NCBI GenBank assembly: GCA_017499595.2 | Contig: CM039003.1 | Location: 3,348,001 to 3,412,000, forward strand | Length of the DNA stretch: 64,000 nt | DNA from: Psilocybe cubensis | Lineage: Eukaryota | Direction of reading: 5' to 3' | Shown here: positions 11,271 to 22,150 of the stretch, in pieces | Numbering within the stretch: position 1 is the first letter of the stretch | How the letters are laid out: every line of letters begins with the position of its first letter | The notes under the pieces: generated by a model | What the model was told of the DNA's origin: nothing | The model's input: only the letters and a program-made list of their open reading frames with translations | Databases searched by the model: none | Translations under genes and position numbers: made by a program

Positions 11271-12452
11271 TCAGTCCAGTTGCTCCTTTTGTCCCTCCGT
11301 AGCTCGTTGTCGACAAAGCCTGCTGTCCGCGTCCGGGCGTGACACTTTGATTGCTGGTATTTCTTCTCCATTCACCCGGACGACCAACTTATTGAAGTCT
11401 AGTACAACTTTGTGCTCGTGCATGAATGGGGTGCCCATTATCATGTCGTATCGGTCGAAGTTTGCAACGTCAACATATGTAGTAGTGGTCTTATTCCCAA
11501 TCACGACCTGTACGTCAGCGCCGTATTTTATCACAGAGCAACTACCCGTTGTTCCCAATTGGAGTATATGCGGGTCCAAAAGTGTGTCCACCGATATGTC
11601 GGCTATTTGAGCAAATGAAGGCGTGATTCCTGTTGTCGTACTCCCAGAATCCCACAAAGTCCATGCATCCATCCCCGCAATGTTTGTGAATGTTGCTAGG
11701 CATAGCTTATGCTCGGGCTTCACCTGTGGTCGCATACGACATTTGCGTATGGTACGTATCTTCACCTTGCGCATTTTGATGCCGTTCAATGATTTTGCAT
11801 CCTTCTCTGGTATGTCAGTCATAGCTGTCATGAACACCGCATCCCCGTTCGCCACCTCGGGGTCGTCTTCATTGTTCTCTATGCGCTCAAGCTCTGGGTA
11901 TAGTGCCATCGCCCTTTTATTTTGGTAAGGATCTTCGTCATCCGAATCTGATATAGGGTCGAGCTCTGGACAAGAGTCATCGCCGTCACTGTCACAATTG
12001 AATATCTTGTGAATCGCTCGTACGCGCATGGCTGCAACGTGATCTCCTTCGCTATACTCGTCGTTCTCGTACCACTCGGACCCTACCATCTCAACTTCAG
12101 TGTATTCACTCGCTTGCGATCGTGTGTCCATACCATCGATATCCATATTTTCTTCAAGCTCCTCAGATCCAGATACGTCGGCGTCATTATCGTCCGGTAT
12201 TGCTGTCCTCGCCGCCTTTAGGTGCAATCGTTTTTCGCGTGGGATCGGGCATTCGCGTGCCATGTGGCCTTCTTTACCACAATTGTAGCACTTGACAACA
12301 TTAGGTCCTCTACGATTATTCCCACTTGTCTGCGCACGATTGTCCGTTTTGGTGTCCTTAGATGCCTTTGGTTGCTCGCGATTGGCCTGCTCAAGTGGCT
12401 TGTCCGTTGTCTTCACCGCGGCTTCCTCACTCAGTGCCGATCGCAGCACCAT
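11271..12452 (-). CDS. Gypsy #1 gag C-terminus with CCHC knuckle plus aspartic protease
   Basis: CYNCGKEGHMAREC zinc knuckle and LWDSGS..DMIMG protease motifs. Same frame as the upstream gag ORF, separated only by TGA at 12468-12470. Confidence 0.9.
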   Translation of the reverse strand: MVLRSALSEEAAVKTTDKPLEQANREQPKASKDTKTDNRAQTSGNNRRGPNVVKCYNCGKEGHMARECPIPREKRLHLKAARTAIPDDNDADVSGSEELEENMDIDGMDTRSQASEYTEVEMVGSEWYENDEYSEGDHVAAMRVRAIHKIFNCDSDGDDSCPELDPISDSDDEDPYQNKRAMALYPELERIENNEDDPEVANGDAVFMTAMTDIPEKDAKSLNGIKMRKVKIRTIRKCRMRPQVKPEHKLCLATFTNIAGMDAWTLWDSGSTTTGITPSFAQIADISVDTLLDPHILQLGTTGSCSVIKYGADVQVVIGNKTTTTYVDVANFDRYDMIMGTPFMHEHKVVLDFNKLVVRVNGEEIPAIKVSRPDADSRLCRQRATEGQKEQLD

Positions 12453-12467
12453 TATTTTATTACCTGA

Positions 12468-14081
12468 TCATACACGCAAACCACGTCTTACAATGTTTGG
12501 GTTGCGAATATTTTCATTATGTCCGAGTGTGTCTTTCTTTTGATAATATGTCAATGTCTTGACTCGTTTCTCGTATCTTATGGCATACCCTACAAACTCC
12601 GTGATTGAGTTCATTTCTGGGGATAACCCGATATCTTTGAGTAGGTGTATTTTCATATCCTCGGGTATTCCGTCCATGAACTTCTCCAGTATCGTATATT
12701 TGTCCGGCCAGTCGTACATGTTTTGTGCAAATTCCATTAACGAATTGTAAAATGCTTGAATTCCCTTAACATGGTTATACTTCGCCTTTTTGAACCCTTC
12801 TCGTGCGTCTTGCATGGATGATGGGTGCACAAAGTGTTCATACAGGCCCAGTATCACTTCTTTGAATGTCCATTTGATCTTCGATCGTTGCGGGCTTGCG
12901 ACATGCCGACTATAAAAGTTGTGTGCCTCTCCTTTGAGGAATTCGCCGATTAATTTCGTCCTCATTGTATCCATATCGTTTCCTCCCAGCTGCCGGATTG
13001 CGAAACTATGGCATATTGCCAAAAGCCAGTTTTCTAAAGTTGAAAACTTCGCTGAGCCACCAAATTTTTCATTTGTGTCCAACTTCAAATTCAACTTAAC
13101 GCCTGTTGGCAATTCCATCCGTGCACCCAGGTTCTCGTCGATGATACGGATCAGCCGATTTTCCATAGCTCGTTTATGTTCAATCTTCGCTTTTGGTTGT
13201 CCTGGGGTGTCGATATTCTCTATAGTCGAAAGTGGCATCGAAAATCCTCGCTTGTATCCTCCCTTGTGGGTTGTAACTTCTTGATTGGGTAACTTCTCGC
13301 TAGCCTTGGATTGTATTACCTTAGTGGGCTTATTGTTGACATTTGGTATTGTGCTTGCATGTGGTGGCGCTTCCTTGGCGATATGGCCCTCAAATATAAC
13401 GCCTTGATCTTCAATATACGATTCTCCTTTTTGGGCAAGCATCTGGTTTCGCATCTTCTGGTACGCCACGCGATCCGCCCAGTTATTCACTCGGGGCACT
13501 GGGTTGGGTCGCATCGTGATGTTGGGATGTATGTCGAATTTTGGTGACACGGTCCCTTTGGTGCTTGATTTCTTGTTGGAGTTTCCGGATCGCGATGATA
13601 AACTCGCCGAATCGAATACCTTACCCATCGGTGTGCGTTCACGATGACTTTCCTTCTCAAGTCTTATCTCGTGGTACTTACGAGCGAATTTGGTGGCGAT
13701 TTTCACTACCATTTGCATGTAGTCCTCGGACTTCCTTTTGATAGGCATGTCAGCATGTAAGAAGGCATCCTCCACTACTTCCACGGCCTTCTCTTTGATT
13801 TCCTTCTGTCTATTGAACAGGATAACACTGTGCAATTCCCATACTGGGTCCAACCGTGTATCCAAATCCGCGATTATTTCCTCATCATCGTCCTCCACTC
13901 CTTCGACCCCTTTCTCACTCCTCTCCTCATCCTCATCGTCCCCAAATCCTTCCGACTCGCCGTGTTCGCTCTCGTAGTTCTTGTGCCAGTCCGGGTTTGG
14001 TGTCGGAGCTCGTCCAGGGTTCCATGGGTTCCAGATATTGTCGTAGTGTCCAGGAGGTGCGGGCGATGCTGTTAGGTCCAT
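12468..14081 (-). CDS. gag: Gypsy #1 gag (N-terminal and capsid part)
   Basis: First ORF after the 5' LTR, with a capsid-like segment (FGGSAKFSTLENWL..FLKGEAHNFY..KFMDGIP). Confidence 0.85.
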   Translation of the reverse strand: MDLTASPAPPGHYDNIWNPWNPGRAPTPNPDWHKNYESEHGESEGFGDDEDEERSEKGVEGVEDDDEEIIADLDTRLDPVWELHSVILFNRQKEIKEKAVEVVEDAFLHADMPIKRKSEDYMQMVVKIATKFARKYHEIRLEKESHRERTPMGKVFDSASLSSRSGNSNKKSSTKGTVSPKFDIHPNITMRPNPVPRVNNWADRVAYQKMRNQMLAQKGESYIEDQGVIFEGHIAKEAPPHASTIPNVNNKPTKVIQSKASEKLPNQEVTTHKGGYKRGFSMPLSTIENIDTPGQPKAKIEHKRAMENRLIRIIDENLGARMELPTGVKLNLKLDTNEKFGGSAKFSTLENWLLAICHSFAIRQLGGNDMDTMRTKLIGEFLKGEAHNFYSRHVASPQRSKIKWTFKEVILGLYEHFVHPSSMQDAREGFKKAKYNHVKGIQAFYNSLMEFAQNMYDWPDKYTILEKFMDGIPEDMKIHLLKDIGLSPEMNSITEFVGYAIRYEKRVKTLTYYQKKDTLGHNENIRNPNIVRRGLRV

Positions 14082-14164
14082 GTCTTTCGGGATTTCTCGG
14101 GTAGCGTGTGCTTGTTACGGTTTTTCCTGCGCTCGCTACCAAAACGTTGGTAGGTTTAAAAAAG

Positions 14165-14358
14165 TGTAAAGCTTCGCTTTACGATATATCTCAGTCTCAC
14201 ACGTAGTAAACCAGAACCAATCAGTATTGGTAGTTTACGTCGTATCAAACAAAGATCTAACCAGCCTATCTACATTGTCGGCGCAATGATCCCCTGCACC
14301 GGTGCCCTTGTCAAACATCACCACACAATGAGATAGGGGTTGTTTCCCGCCCGTTACA
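14165..14358 (-). repeat. 5' LTR of Gypsy #1
   Basis: Direct repeat of 4650-4843. Confidence 0.97.
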
Positions 14359-16612
14359 CCTGTGCATTGGGATGTGTTCTTTTATTCAGTGGTTTTAAAG
14401 TTCTTTGAAAGGAAAATTACCAGATTGTGAAAACCTATCGTTGGAATCATCAATGAGCCTTGAACGTCAATCGCAAAGATTAAATAAACTACCAGAAGTC
14501 GAGTGGATATGGAATCCTTAGACCACCATTTTTAAAAGTAAGTCACGGTTTGGTGTGTTGTAAACCCATATAATCTGAGATAGAGTTGGTTTGAATATGA
14601 CACCATTTCCAGAAGATTTTAGACCAATTAAATCCGTACATTCCCGAGATGTATATCGCAGCGAAAATGCTGTTAAAAAGTGTCTTTATCAAGGAGAGAA
14701 AATTCGACGGATTGAGGGTCGACATCAGGACAACAGACATAGTTGCACGTCAAACAATTGTGTAAACCCAGGGAATAGAGTGAGGTAAAGGCCCTCAAAT
14801 GTTTTATATATAAAAAAATGCCAATTTATTTGGTAACCATGAATATTTTCTTCTGGAAAAACTCCGGTACAATTCGTGTACCGTTCCGAGTAGCCCAGAA
14901 AAATTATAATCAGAGCCTCTATGAGCTCAAATCAGAGGTTTGTCCATATTTATTGATGAAAGATATGGTATGCAATTGTGATGGAGCAGGAATTGATGCT
15001 TAGCATCGGGTGCGCACTGTAGAAGGGTGAAGAGAGATCAATGATATCAACAACACTGCTACTCTTTGGGGTAGAGGGAGTTGATAATATCGGATCCAAT
15101 GAAAGTATCGTGGGCAAATAATGACTAATACAGACAAAACTCACAGCTTGGTGTGATTGACCTCACGCTTGTCGTCGAATATGCTATTCTGGAATGAGGT
15201 GTATCGCCTTATCATAATTAATGTGTTTCCAATACGATTTTGCTTGATCCTGGATTACAACATTTGATCCTCACCAGGACGCTTCAGCGTTGGATTTTTG
15301 ATGAAATATCCACCAACTGCACAAGATATTTGACAAAAACGCCCTGTTCTATGAAATTACCATAACAATCACAAAAACGTATAGCAGGTCTGGAGAACTG
15401 ATATTATGTTCGTGTGTCGAGGAAGGCATATGCAACTATCATTCTGTTTGTGAATGCTGGCTATGATATACTTCTGCTAGAATGCAGTGCTTAAGTACAT
15501 ATACTTTCACCCGTTACCTGTGGCAATTGATCTACACATCATTCTCCCTACTCTACTCTTACCAGACCGCAAGGAGCAATATGGCCGCACCAATAGTTAT
15601 CTTTATTCAACACATTTTCTTGATGGGATATCCTCATGATTGAGAAATTCTCTCTTGATAATGAAAGTTGTCAACTCCGCATGCAAGTATGACAAGCCTG
15701 AGAGAAGGTTCGTTCACGGTGTGCGAATGCTAAAGTGTTGCATGCGCTCACTCTTGGTTTGCTTGTTGACGCACGCTTAGGTGATATATGTAGGCAGTCT
15801 TCTTCCACAACCTTGAGTCCTCCTTGTGCTTTACAGGAGTCGTGAATTCCTTGTACAAATGTTGTATTGAATGATCACTTACCAAGTTAAAAAAGTGATC
15901 GGAGATCACCGAACAGGCCCCAAATGCCGTTGCCGTTACATACTGAGGATCAAGGGCCAATAAAAAGGCAGGGAGTTTACACCAGATGACTAATCAAACT
16001 AAGAGACCGGAGAACACCGGTATCGGCTTTGATGCATTGATCATGATGTGCGATGACTTGTCTTTCATCGCGTAGATAACAACATATCAAGCATCAAAAA
16101 GATGAAAGTGCCTTTCTGTCCCCCGACGTTCAATGCGAGAAATCCCTGCTGGACGTCTTTTAGCGCATCAATTTACTTACAGGCATACATTTTCTGTGCT
16201 TTGTACGCTACTTGTCAATGATGATCCACCTTTGTGTTGAGCAGCATAATGTGCCCAAAACTACTCTACACAGTCTATGTACGCAGTGGCTAAGGACTTG
16301 ACTTAATACTTACCCTTTGGGTCGTGTTACTTGAGTTGTAGCTACTCGAGTGGGTTGTTAAAACCGCTTGTCATTAGAGGGCACTAGCGTCGCCCTTATA
16401 TACACCTAGAGTGCGTTACATGTGACTAGTGACAGTAACTACTGTATAGTACTTAGTCATCTATCTACTTAGTAATCTATTCACATGACTTATCATATGA
16501 CTCTGAGAGTCACACGGTCGAATGTGAACTTTATTAATAATAGTCGTTCAACACTCCCCCTCAAGTGGTGCGCGCGCCATAAGGCGGGACTCTACTTGTT
16601 TCAATGAACGGA

Positions 16613-19600
16613 CTAATCTAGTGGGTAAAACTCAAGGCCAAGAGCGGATCTATGTTTCAAGAATAGATCAGGACCTAGATTCTTGGTAAACATATCGGCA
16701 ACGTTATCAGCAGTCGGAACTGCATATAATTTGAGTGTGCCTTGCTCTATTTGTTCCCGTATGTAATGATAGCGAATCTCCACGTGCTTAATCCCTTTTT
16801 GTGTCACGGGATTCTGCGCGTTGAATATTGCACCATGTGAGTCCGCATAGACTGGGACGTGGGAAATTGGTTTGGCCAGTTCCGCAAATAGATTTTTAAT
16901 CCATGCGCAATCTTTGGCGCAGTCGGAGAGTGCCATGTATTCACTCATAGTAGACGACGTTGAGACTAACTTCTGTGTCTGTGATTTCCACATGACCGCA
17001 GCATTTGCCAAGCTAAAGAAATAGCCTTGTGCAGACCGACGCTTAAGGTCGAGCTCTGATTGGTCATCTCCATAAGAGGCGTCACAATAGGCATATAGGC
17101 CTGCGCGAGACTTCCCATCATAAACTAAGGCATATTTGCGTGTGCCAACAAGGTACCGCATAATATATTTAGCCTTGTTCATGTGGTCTTCAGACGGATT
17201 GGAAGCAAACTTCGCCATCTGAGTCACTGCATAGGCAATATCAGGTCTAGTTCCAAGCATTAGGTAAAGCAAGGAACCAATCACTGATTGGTACTGCGAG
17301 CGAAGTTGTGCCGAACTAGTACCATCGAACGGCATTGGGCGATAGCCCGTGGGTAAGGGAGTTCTAGCAGCTTTAGCATTGCTCATGCCAAACCGAGTTA
17401 GAACCTTCTCCAAATAGTTGGCTTGACTCAAGAGGATTTTGCCGTCTTTATAATCAATAGCCATGCGGAGAAACTCCCGTGATTCTCCGAGATCCCGGCA
17501 ATCCCACTTTTTCATAAAGAGATCTTTCTTCTGTCGTGAGGGTTCGGAGTTAGGTCCGGTGATCTGGATGTCGTCGACATAGGCAAACATTATTGCTAAC
17601 GTGCCGTCGGTATGACGTGAGATGAAGATGCCGGCGTCCGAGTATAGTCTGGTGAATCCAAGCTCTTTTAGACTTCTGTCTAGCTCGAACCACCATGCTC
17701 GTGCGGCTTGTTTGAGCCCATAAATTGCCTTTTTAAGCCGGAGTACTTTCTTCTCCTGTCCCTTTAGAACAAAGCCCTCAGGCTGTTCCATATATATCTC
17801 CTCGTCTAACGGCCCATAAAGGAAGGCCGATATGACGTCAAGGGACCAGACTTTCCACCCTTCGAGTGCGGCAAGGGCAAATATTGTGCGAACACTTGGT
17901 AGCATGACCACAGGTGAGAATAACTCATCGTAGTCTAGGCCTTCTATCTGTAAGAAGCCTTTGGCTACCAGACGAGCCTTTTTCCGACCATCAGTTTTGA
18001 TGTCGTAGACCCATCTGCATTTGATGGCTTTTCGGCCATTAGGGAGATCGACAAGCTCATAGACCTCTCTTTTGACGAGGACCTCTAACTCGTCTTTCAT
18101 GGCTTGTCTCCATTCCTTCTGTTGGTCAGCTGGTAATTTCAGCAAATCACGCAGGGTCCAGTCACGGACATCCTTTGTGAGACCATAATCAGCAGCGCAG
18201 ATAATTTCGCAGACCCGTTTGGAAAGTAATGTCGCAAAAAGACTGTTTGCTACTCCCCCTTCCGTCCCTGAATTAGGGATACCAGATTCAACATTGCGAT
18301 TGCTACTAGATCGAGTAAGTGGCACGTAATCAGGGACGGATGCCACTCCGTGTGAAACAGTCTGCAGCTTCTTACGTCGATCTTTATCGGTTGTTGTTCC
18401 GGGTCGGTAAACATTGCCTTCCCGCTCTGGTACTTTCCGAGTTCTATCCGACCTTCTGGGCGGAGGCTTGACAGGTGTATCAGGCATTTTTGGTCTTTGA
18501 TTTGACGTGGGAGGTGTTACGTATCCCTGATCGTCATCCTGATCATCGTCATCGTCACGAGGAGGACGTGAACTAGGCCCTGGCATAGAACTTGGAGGAC
18601 TGGCGGACCGTGGGCTCGGTTGATCGCCTGTCTCTTTCGGCAGAGGTGGCATTGGAAAGTCGTCGTTATCGGAATCGGTCGACTCACTTCCATAGCCGAT
18701 TTCAAAGGAGGGTCCCTTTGGTTTTGGAGGATTAAAGCGTGTGTTGGGTGGAATCTTCCTCTTAGATTCACACTTTGGGAATAAGGTTTCATCGAATAGG
18801 GCCTTGTTCGCACGAAAGACCACATTATTTGGAGATCTCATAAAGATCATCACCGAATTAGATTCGTAGCCAAGGAATGTCATCAACTCGGAACGCGGTG
18901 ATAACTTATTTTTACGCTGCTCCTTGTGTAGGTACACATAAGCTGCGCATCCCAAAGTTTTAATTTTAGACACATCAGGTAACTCCCCCTTAAGGGCCTG
19001 ATGGGGTGTCTTCCACTCAATGCGTTTTACCGGAGTCCTATTGTATAGGAAGACAGCGTGGGCACAGCAAAATTGCCACCAGCTATCCGGTAGACAGGCG
19101 TAATGCCTCATCGCTTCAGACTTTTCCATAATTGTCCTGTTTAGTCTTTCAGCTCGACCGTTGCTCTGATGAGCATAGGGAGCTGTAAAGCAGGCACGTG
19201 TACCGGCATTTTGTAGCCGTTCCAAGAACTCGGTACTAACGAATTCTCCGCCATTATCAAAGAAGTATTCTTTGACGGAGGTACCATACTGTTTTTCCAC
19301 CATTTTCTCGAAAGAATTCACAGCCGCAGCGGCATCACTCTTCTTTTTAAGAAAGTAGAGCCATACGTGTGGGGTGTGATCGTCCAAAAAGGATATGAAG
19401 TATTTACACTTCTGGTAGGAATAAACAGAAAATGTCTTGAGATCACAATGAATGCGATCAAAAGGCTTTTTCGCGCGTTTGGGGTTTTCGTCATATGACT
19501 TATCAGTCATTTTTCCCTTCGCGCAGCCTTCACAGACATTTTTGTCCTTGGGTACACTTATTTTGGGAAAGTTCTTAGTGGAGTCCCTAAAATGTCTTAG

Positions 19601-21865
19601 AACATCGTCAGAGGGATGACCAAGGCGTCGATGCCAAAGGTCACTTGACTCTTGAAGAGTCGAAGATAACGTGCTAATGTCTTCTCCAGAGACAATGCGC
19701 GTATGCACCCAATACATTGGATGTCTGTTTGATTCAATTGAATCTGCCCTGGCTTGTAGGCCATATGATTTCTCAGGCAAATCAAAGAACCGAAGGACTT
19801 TAGCTGTTCCTTCTATGGTCATGCCGGACGACAGGAGTTGTCCCATCGACATTAATCGGACATGCAATTGTTCCATGTATAGAACAGGATGGAGTCGGCG
19901 GACTTCATGTCCCAGATCCTCGGAGTGTGAAACCACTTCTACGAAGACTGTTCCAAAACCGGTGATAGGCACTGTGGTAGTGGCAGTTTGCGAAATAGGT
20001 CGATTATTCTCAGCAAAGTCTTGGTAACTTGCGAAATCAGACTTATCGCCAGTAAAGTGCACACTAGCACCACTGTCCATTAACCAAGCCGTTATGGCTT
20101 CTTTCCCCTTTTTGGGTTTTTCAGTTCCTTTTCCTTTGCAATCTGGACAACACGCGAAATGAGATAGATATTTTTGGTATACATCATGTACAAATGAGTA
20201 GTAAATATCTACAGGGAACTCCTCCTCCTCCGGCCGGTCGACTGTTGAGTCGTTGTCGTCTCTAGATGGGGTAGTCCCTGTGGGAATCTCAGTGTTATTT
20301 ATGGTCCAATTGCTAGAACTAGAACTTACTTGCCTATCAACGAAATGGTCATCGTAGTAACCATCATAGAGATCCTCATCGTCTTCTCCGTAATCCACAC
20401 GTTCCTCAATAGGAACATCAGGAGACCGTTCTCTCTGATCATCAAAGTTTGGGATATCACCCCATTGCTTTGGTTCCGGTCCGAATAGCTCATTATTAAG
20501 CTTTTCGATCTCCGGAGATGTGATCTCACCATCAACGACCATGTGATCGTCAATAGTTTCAGAGTTGACGGGCGGAGTCTTCAACCTTTCTGCGAGGGAG
20601 ACATCCGAAGGAATTTGTAAGCTGCTCGTGGCAACGCTTTCCATGATCTGGAGTGCCTGCGAAGTAGGCTTTACACCAATTCTGGAAGCTAGGCTGCGTG
20701 CGGCAGCAGGAGCCGGGTATGGCGCCATGCGTGTGTCCGGATTTCTCCAGGGCCCAGCCGGAGCAGAGGTACGGGAGGAAATACTTCCTCTACCGTTGAT
20801 CTCGATGATCCTTGACGTGGTGGGAGCTGGAATTGCCGGTTCGAGAACCGTCAATGTTGATGCCATAAAGACATCATCCGCTAAGGCTGTATTGCCTTGT
20901 GCACGCTGCTTGCCTTTGCCTCGTGGGGCACGCTTACGAATCCTCTTCTCCTGATTATCACCCTGAGACTGTCCCTGATTAGGGGTCTTCGAAGGATGAT
21001 AGTGGGGGTGTTCCCCTTTTGGTCGGATCGCAGTATTGCGTTCAGCCGACTGTTGCGGTGCCCGGGAAGGGCCGGTCTTTGGTGCAGGCTTAGGGTCATA
21101 TGTCGTACCCTTTTTAGGTTTTTGCCTGTCATCCAGATTACCAAACCGCGCTCCCCAACGATTGCGGATATCAGCGGAGATAGCCTCCAGCTTCATGTCG
21201 TCAATCTTGGTCTTGTCTCCATAATCATTAATAAGGTCTTGATATATGGAGGGCGGTTGATTGGGCGATACCGCAAGGGGTAAACGTGAGAATAAGATGA
21301 GACATGCCATGGTCTCGGATACTAGATCCGCATTTTCGACCTTTTTAACATGCTCGTAGATGGCTCTGAAACGGGCCAGCTGAGGGGTAGGATCCGAAAG
21401 ATCAAATTTGAAGGTGGTCAGACGTTTAAAGTCCTCCATCACTTCAACAAATTGAACTTTATCGTATTTTGCTTTCAGATCATCCCATGCCCCCTTCGCG
21501 GTCTTTCCCTTGACTGTTTCCCAAATAGATGGGATCAAGGAATTCGCGATGACACCTAGTGCCTTGGAATTCTGCTCCTTAAAATCTTTCATCGCCTTTT
21601 CAAACGACGAAGATCTTTGCGACCAGCGTTGGAATTGGATTTTCCACAGCTCAATTTGAGCTGCGTTAACAGTTGTTGCCGGAGCAACGGGGGATGGGAA
21701 TGCAGGCTCTCCTTCAATTGGAGAAGGGGCCACAACATCTCCAGAAATAACCCCATCAACGCCAGTCAGGAGGAATATGGGAAGCATTTTGTCAGCCCAT
21801 TTACGATAGTTAGAACCATCGAATTTGGGGAATTCGGAAACAGATACGGTTGCTTTGGAAGACAT
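16613..21865 (-). CDS. Copia Gag-Pol polyprotein (PR-IN-RT-RH order)
   Basis: Single open frame with first ATG at 21865 (MSSKATV). Motifs WLMDSGAS, WHRRLGH..CEGC, HCDL/DNGGEF/NGRAER, KARLVAKG, YVDD, YCDAS and ADMFTK. Confidence 0.97.
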   Translation of the reverse strand: MSSKATVSVSEFPKFDGSNYRKWADKMLPIFLLTGVDGVISGDVVAPSPIEGEPAFPSPVAPATTVNAAQIELWKIQFQRWSQRSSSFEKAMKDFKEQNSKALGVIANSLIPSIWETVKGKTAKGAWDDLKAKYDKVQFVEVMEDFKRLTTFKFDLSDPTPQLARFRAIYEHVKKVENADLVSETMACLILFSRLPLAVSPNQPPSIYQDLINDYGDKTKIDDMKLEAISADIRNRWGARFGNLDDRQKPKKGTTYDPKPAPKTGPSRAPQQSAERNTAIRPKGEHPHYHPSKTPNQGQSQGDNQEKRIRKRAPRGKGKQRAQGNTALADDVFMASTLTVLEPAIPAPTTSRIIEINGRGSISSRTSAPAGPWRNPDTRMAPYPAPAAARSLASRIGVKPTSQALQIMESVATSSLQIPSDVSLAERLKTPPVNSETIDDHMVVDGEITSPEIEKLNNELFGPEPKQWGDIPNFDDQRERSPDVPIEERVDYGEDDEDLYDGYYDDHFVDRQVSSSSSNWTINNTEIPTGTTPSRDDNDSTVDRPEEEEFPVDIYYSFVHDVYQKYLSHFACCPDCKGKGTEKPKKGKEAITAWLMDSGASVHFTGDKSDFASYQDFAENNRPISQTATTTVPITGFGTVFVEVVSHSEDLGHEVRRLHPVLYMEQLHVRLMSMGQLLSSGMTIEGTAKVLRFFDLPEKSYGLQARADSIESNRHPMYWVHTRIVSGEDISTLSSTLQESSDLWHRRLGHPSDDVLRHFRDSTKNFPKISVPKDKNVCEGCAKGKMTDKSYDENPKRAKKPFDRIHCDLKTFSVYSYQKCKYFISFLDDHTPHVWLYFLKKKSDAAAAVNSFEKMVEKQYGTSVKEYFFDNGGEFVSTEFLERLQNAGTRACFTAPYAHQSNGRAERLNRTIMEKSEAMRHYACLPDSWWQFCCAHAVFLYNRTPVKRIEWKTPHQALKGELPDVSKIKTLGCAAYVYLHKEQRKNKLSPRSELMTFLGYESNSVMIFMRSPNNVVFRANKALFDETLFPKCESKRKIPPNTRFNPPKPKGPSFEIGYGSESTDSDNDDFPMPPLPKETGDQPSPRSASPPSSMPGPSSRPPRDDDDDQDDDQGYVTPPTSNQRPKMPDTPVKPPPRRSDRTRKVPEREGNVYRPGTTTDKDRRKKLQTVSHGVASVPDYVPLTRSSSNRNVESGIPNSGTEGGVANSLFATLLSKRVCEIICAADYGLTKDVRDWTLRDLLKLPADQQKEWRQAMKDELEVLVKREVYELVDLPNGRKAIKCRWVYDIKTDGRKKARLVAKGFLQIEGLDYDELFSPVVMLPSVRTIFALAALEGWKVWSLDVISAFLYGPLDEEIYMEQPEGFVLKGQEKKVLRLKKAIYGLKQAARAWWFELDRSLKELGFTRLYSDAGIFISRHTDGTLAIMFAYVDDIQITGPNSEPSRQKKDLFMKKWDCRDLGESREFLRMAIDYKDGKILLSQANYLEKVLTRFGMSNAKAARTPLPTGYRPMPFDGTSSAQLRSQYQSVIGSLLYLMLGTRPDIAYAVTQMAKFASNPSEDHMNKAKYIMRYLVGTRKYALVYDGKSRAGLYAYCDASYGDDQSELDLKRRSAQGYFFSLANAAVMWKSQTQKLVSTSSTMSEYMALSDCAKDCAWIKNLFAELAKPISHVPVYADSHGAIFNAQNPVTQKGIKHVEIRYHYIREQIEQGTLKLYAVPTADNVADMFTKNLGPDLFLKHRSALGLEFYPLD

Positions 21866-22138
21866 TCTTAGTGCGCTTAAAGCTTGAGCCTGTGACAAAA
21901 ATAAGTCAGCAAGGCTTTTCTCACATCCTGAACTTAAAATAGAAGGAAACAGTTGGGCTGGTCAGGCCCGATCAATCTCAAGATCAGATTCTAAGATCCA
22001 ATCGAGATTAAGATCTTTTGCACACTCATCTAGATCGCCAAATAGGCGTTATCTTTCAGAGCAGCATGGGGGCAAGTATTGTCCCTAGGCCAGTGCCGTC
22101 GACAGCAAGGCTAACAAGCCTGCGTCGTTATGGCTACG

Positions 22139-22150
22139 GGGCCCATAACC
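22139..22150 (-). promoter_or_regulatory. Copia primer-binding site of the internal (half-molecule) tRNA-iMet type
   Basis: GGTTATGGGCCC directly after the 5' LTR, the PBS type known from Drosophila copia and Ty5. Confidence 0.8.

Larger units (their letters stand above)
4650..14358 (-). mobile_element. Ty3/Gypsy chromovirus LTR retrotransposon #1 (full length, coding lesions, extra 3' ORF)
   Basis: 194-bp TG..CA LTRs at 4650-4843 and 14165-14358. TSD CCTGT at 4645-4649 and 14359-14363. Polypurine tract (PPT) AAGGGGGGGTG on the minus strand at 4844-4854. Gag, protease, RT, RNase H, integrase and chromodomain ORFs are present. Confidence 0.97.
3162..14725 (-). pseudogene. DUF6534-like multi-pass membrane protein gene, interrupted by the Gypsy insertion
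   Basis: 5' exons at 14.4-14.7 kb (MSTLNPS..FNSIFAAIYISGM / LYGFTTHQT / VFTIW) and 3' exons at 3.16-4.65 kb (AVSTLHAITGG..LPW, IKTLMVYTVTTGLLTS, YVSALLATLNRRD) align with the paralogs at 48.7-55.8 kb. Exon 2 also has an in-frame TAA (~14532-14534). Confidence 0.75.

Noticed and set aside
14120-14164. PBS of Gypsy #1 (TGGTAGCG, iMet-like, inside a small CTACCAA/TTGGTAG hairpin)
   Set aside because: It lies ~23 nt from the LTR rather than adjacent, and I found no LTR complement supporting self-priming. The priming mode is left uncalled.
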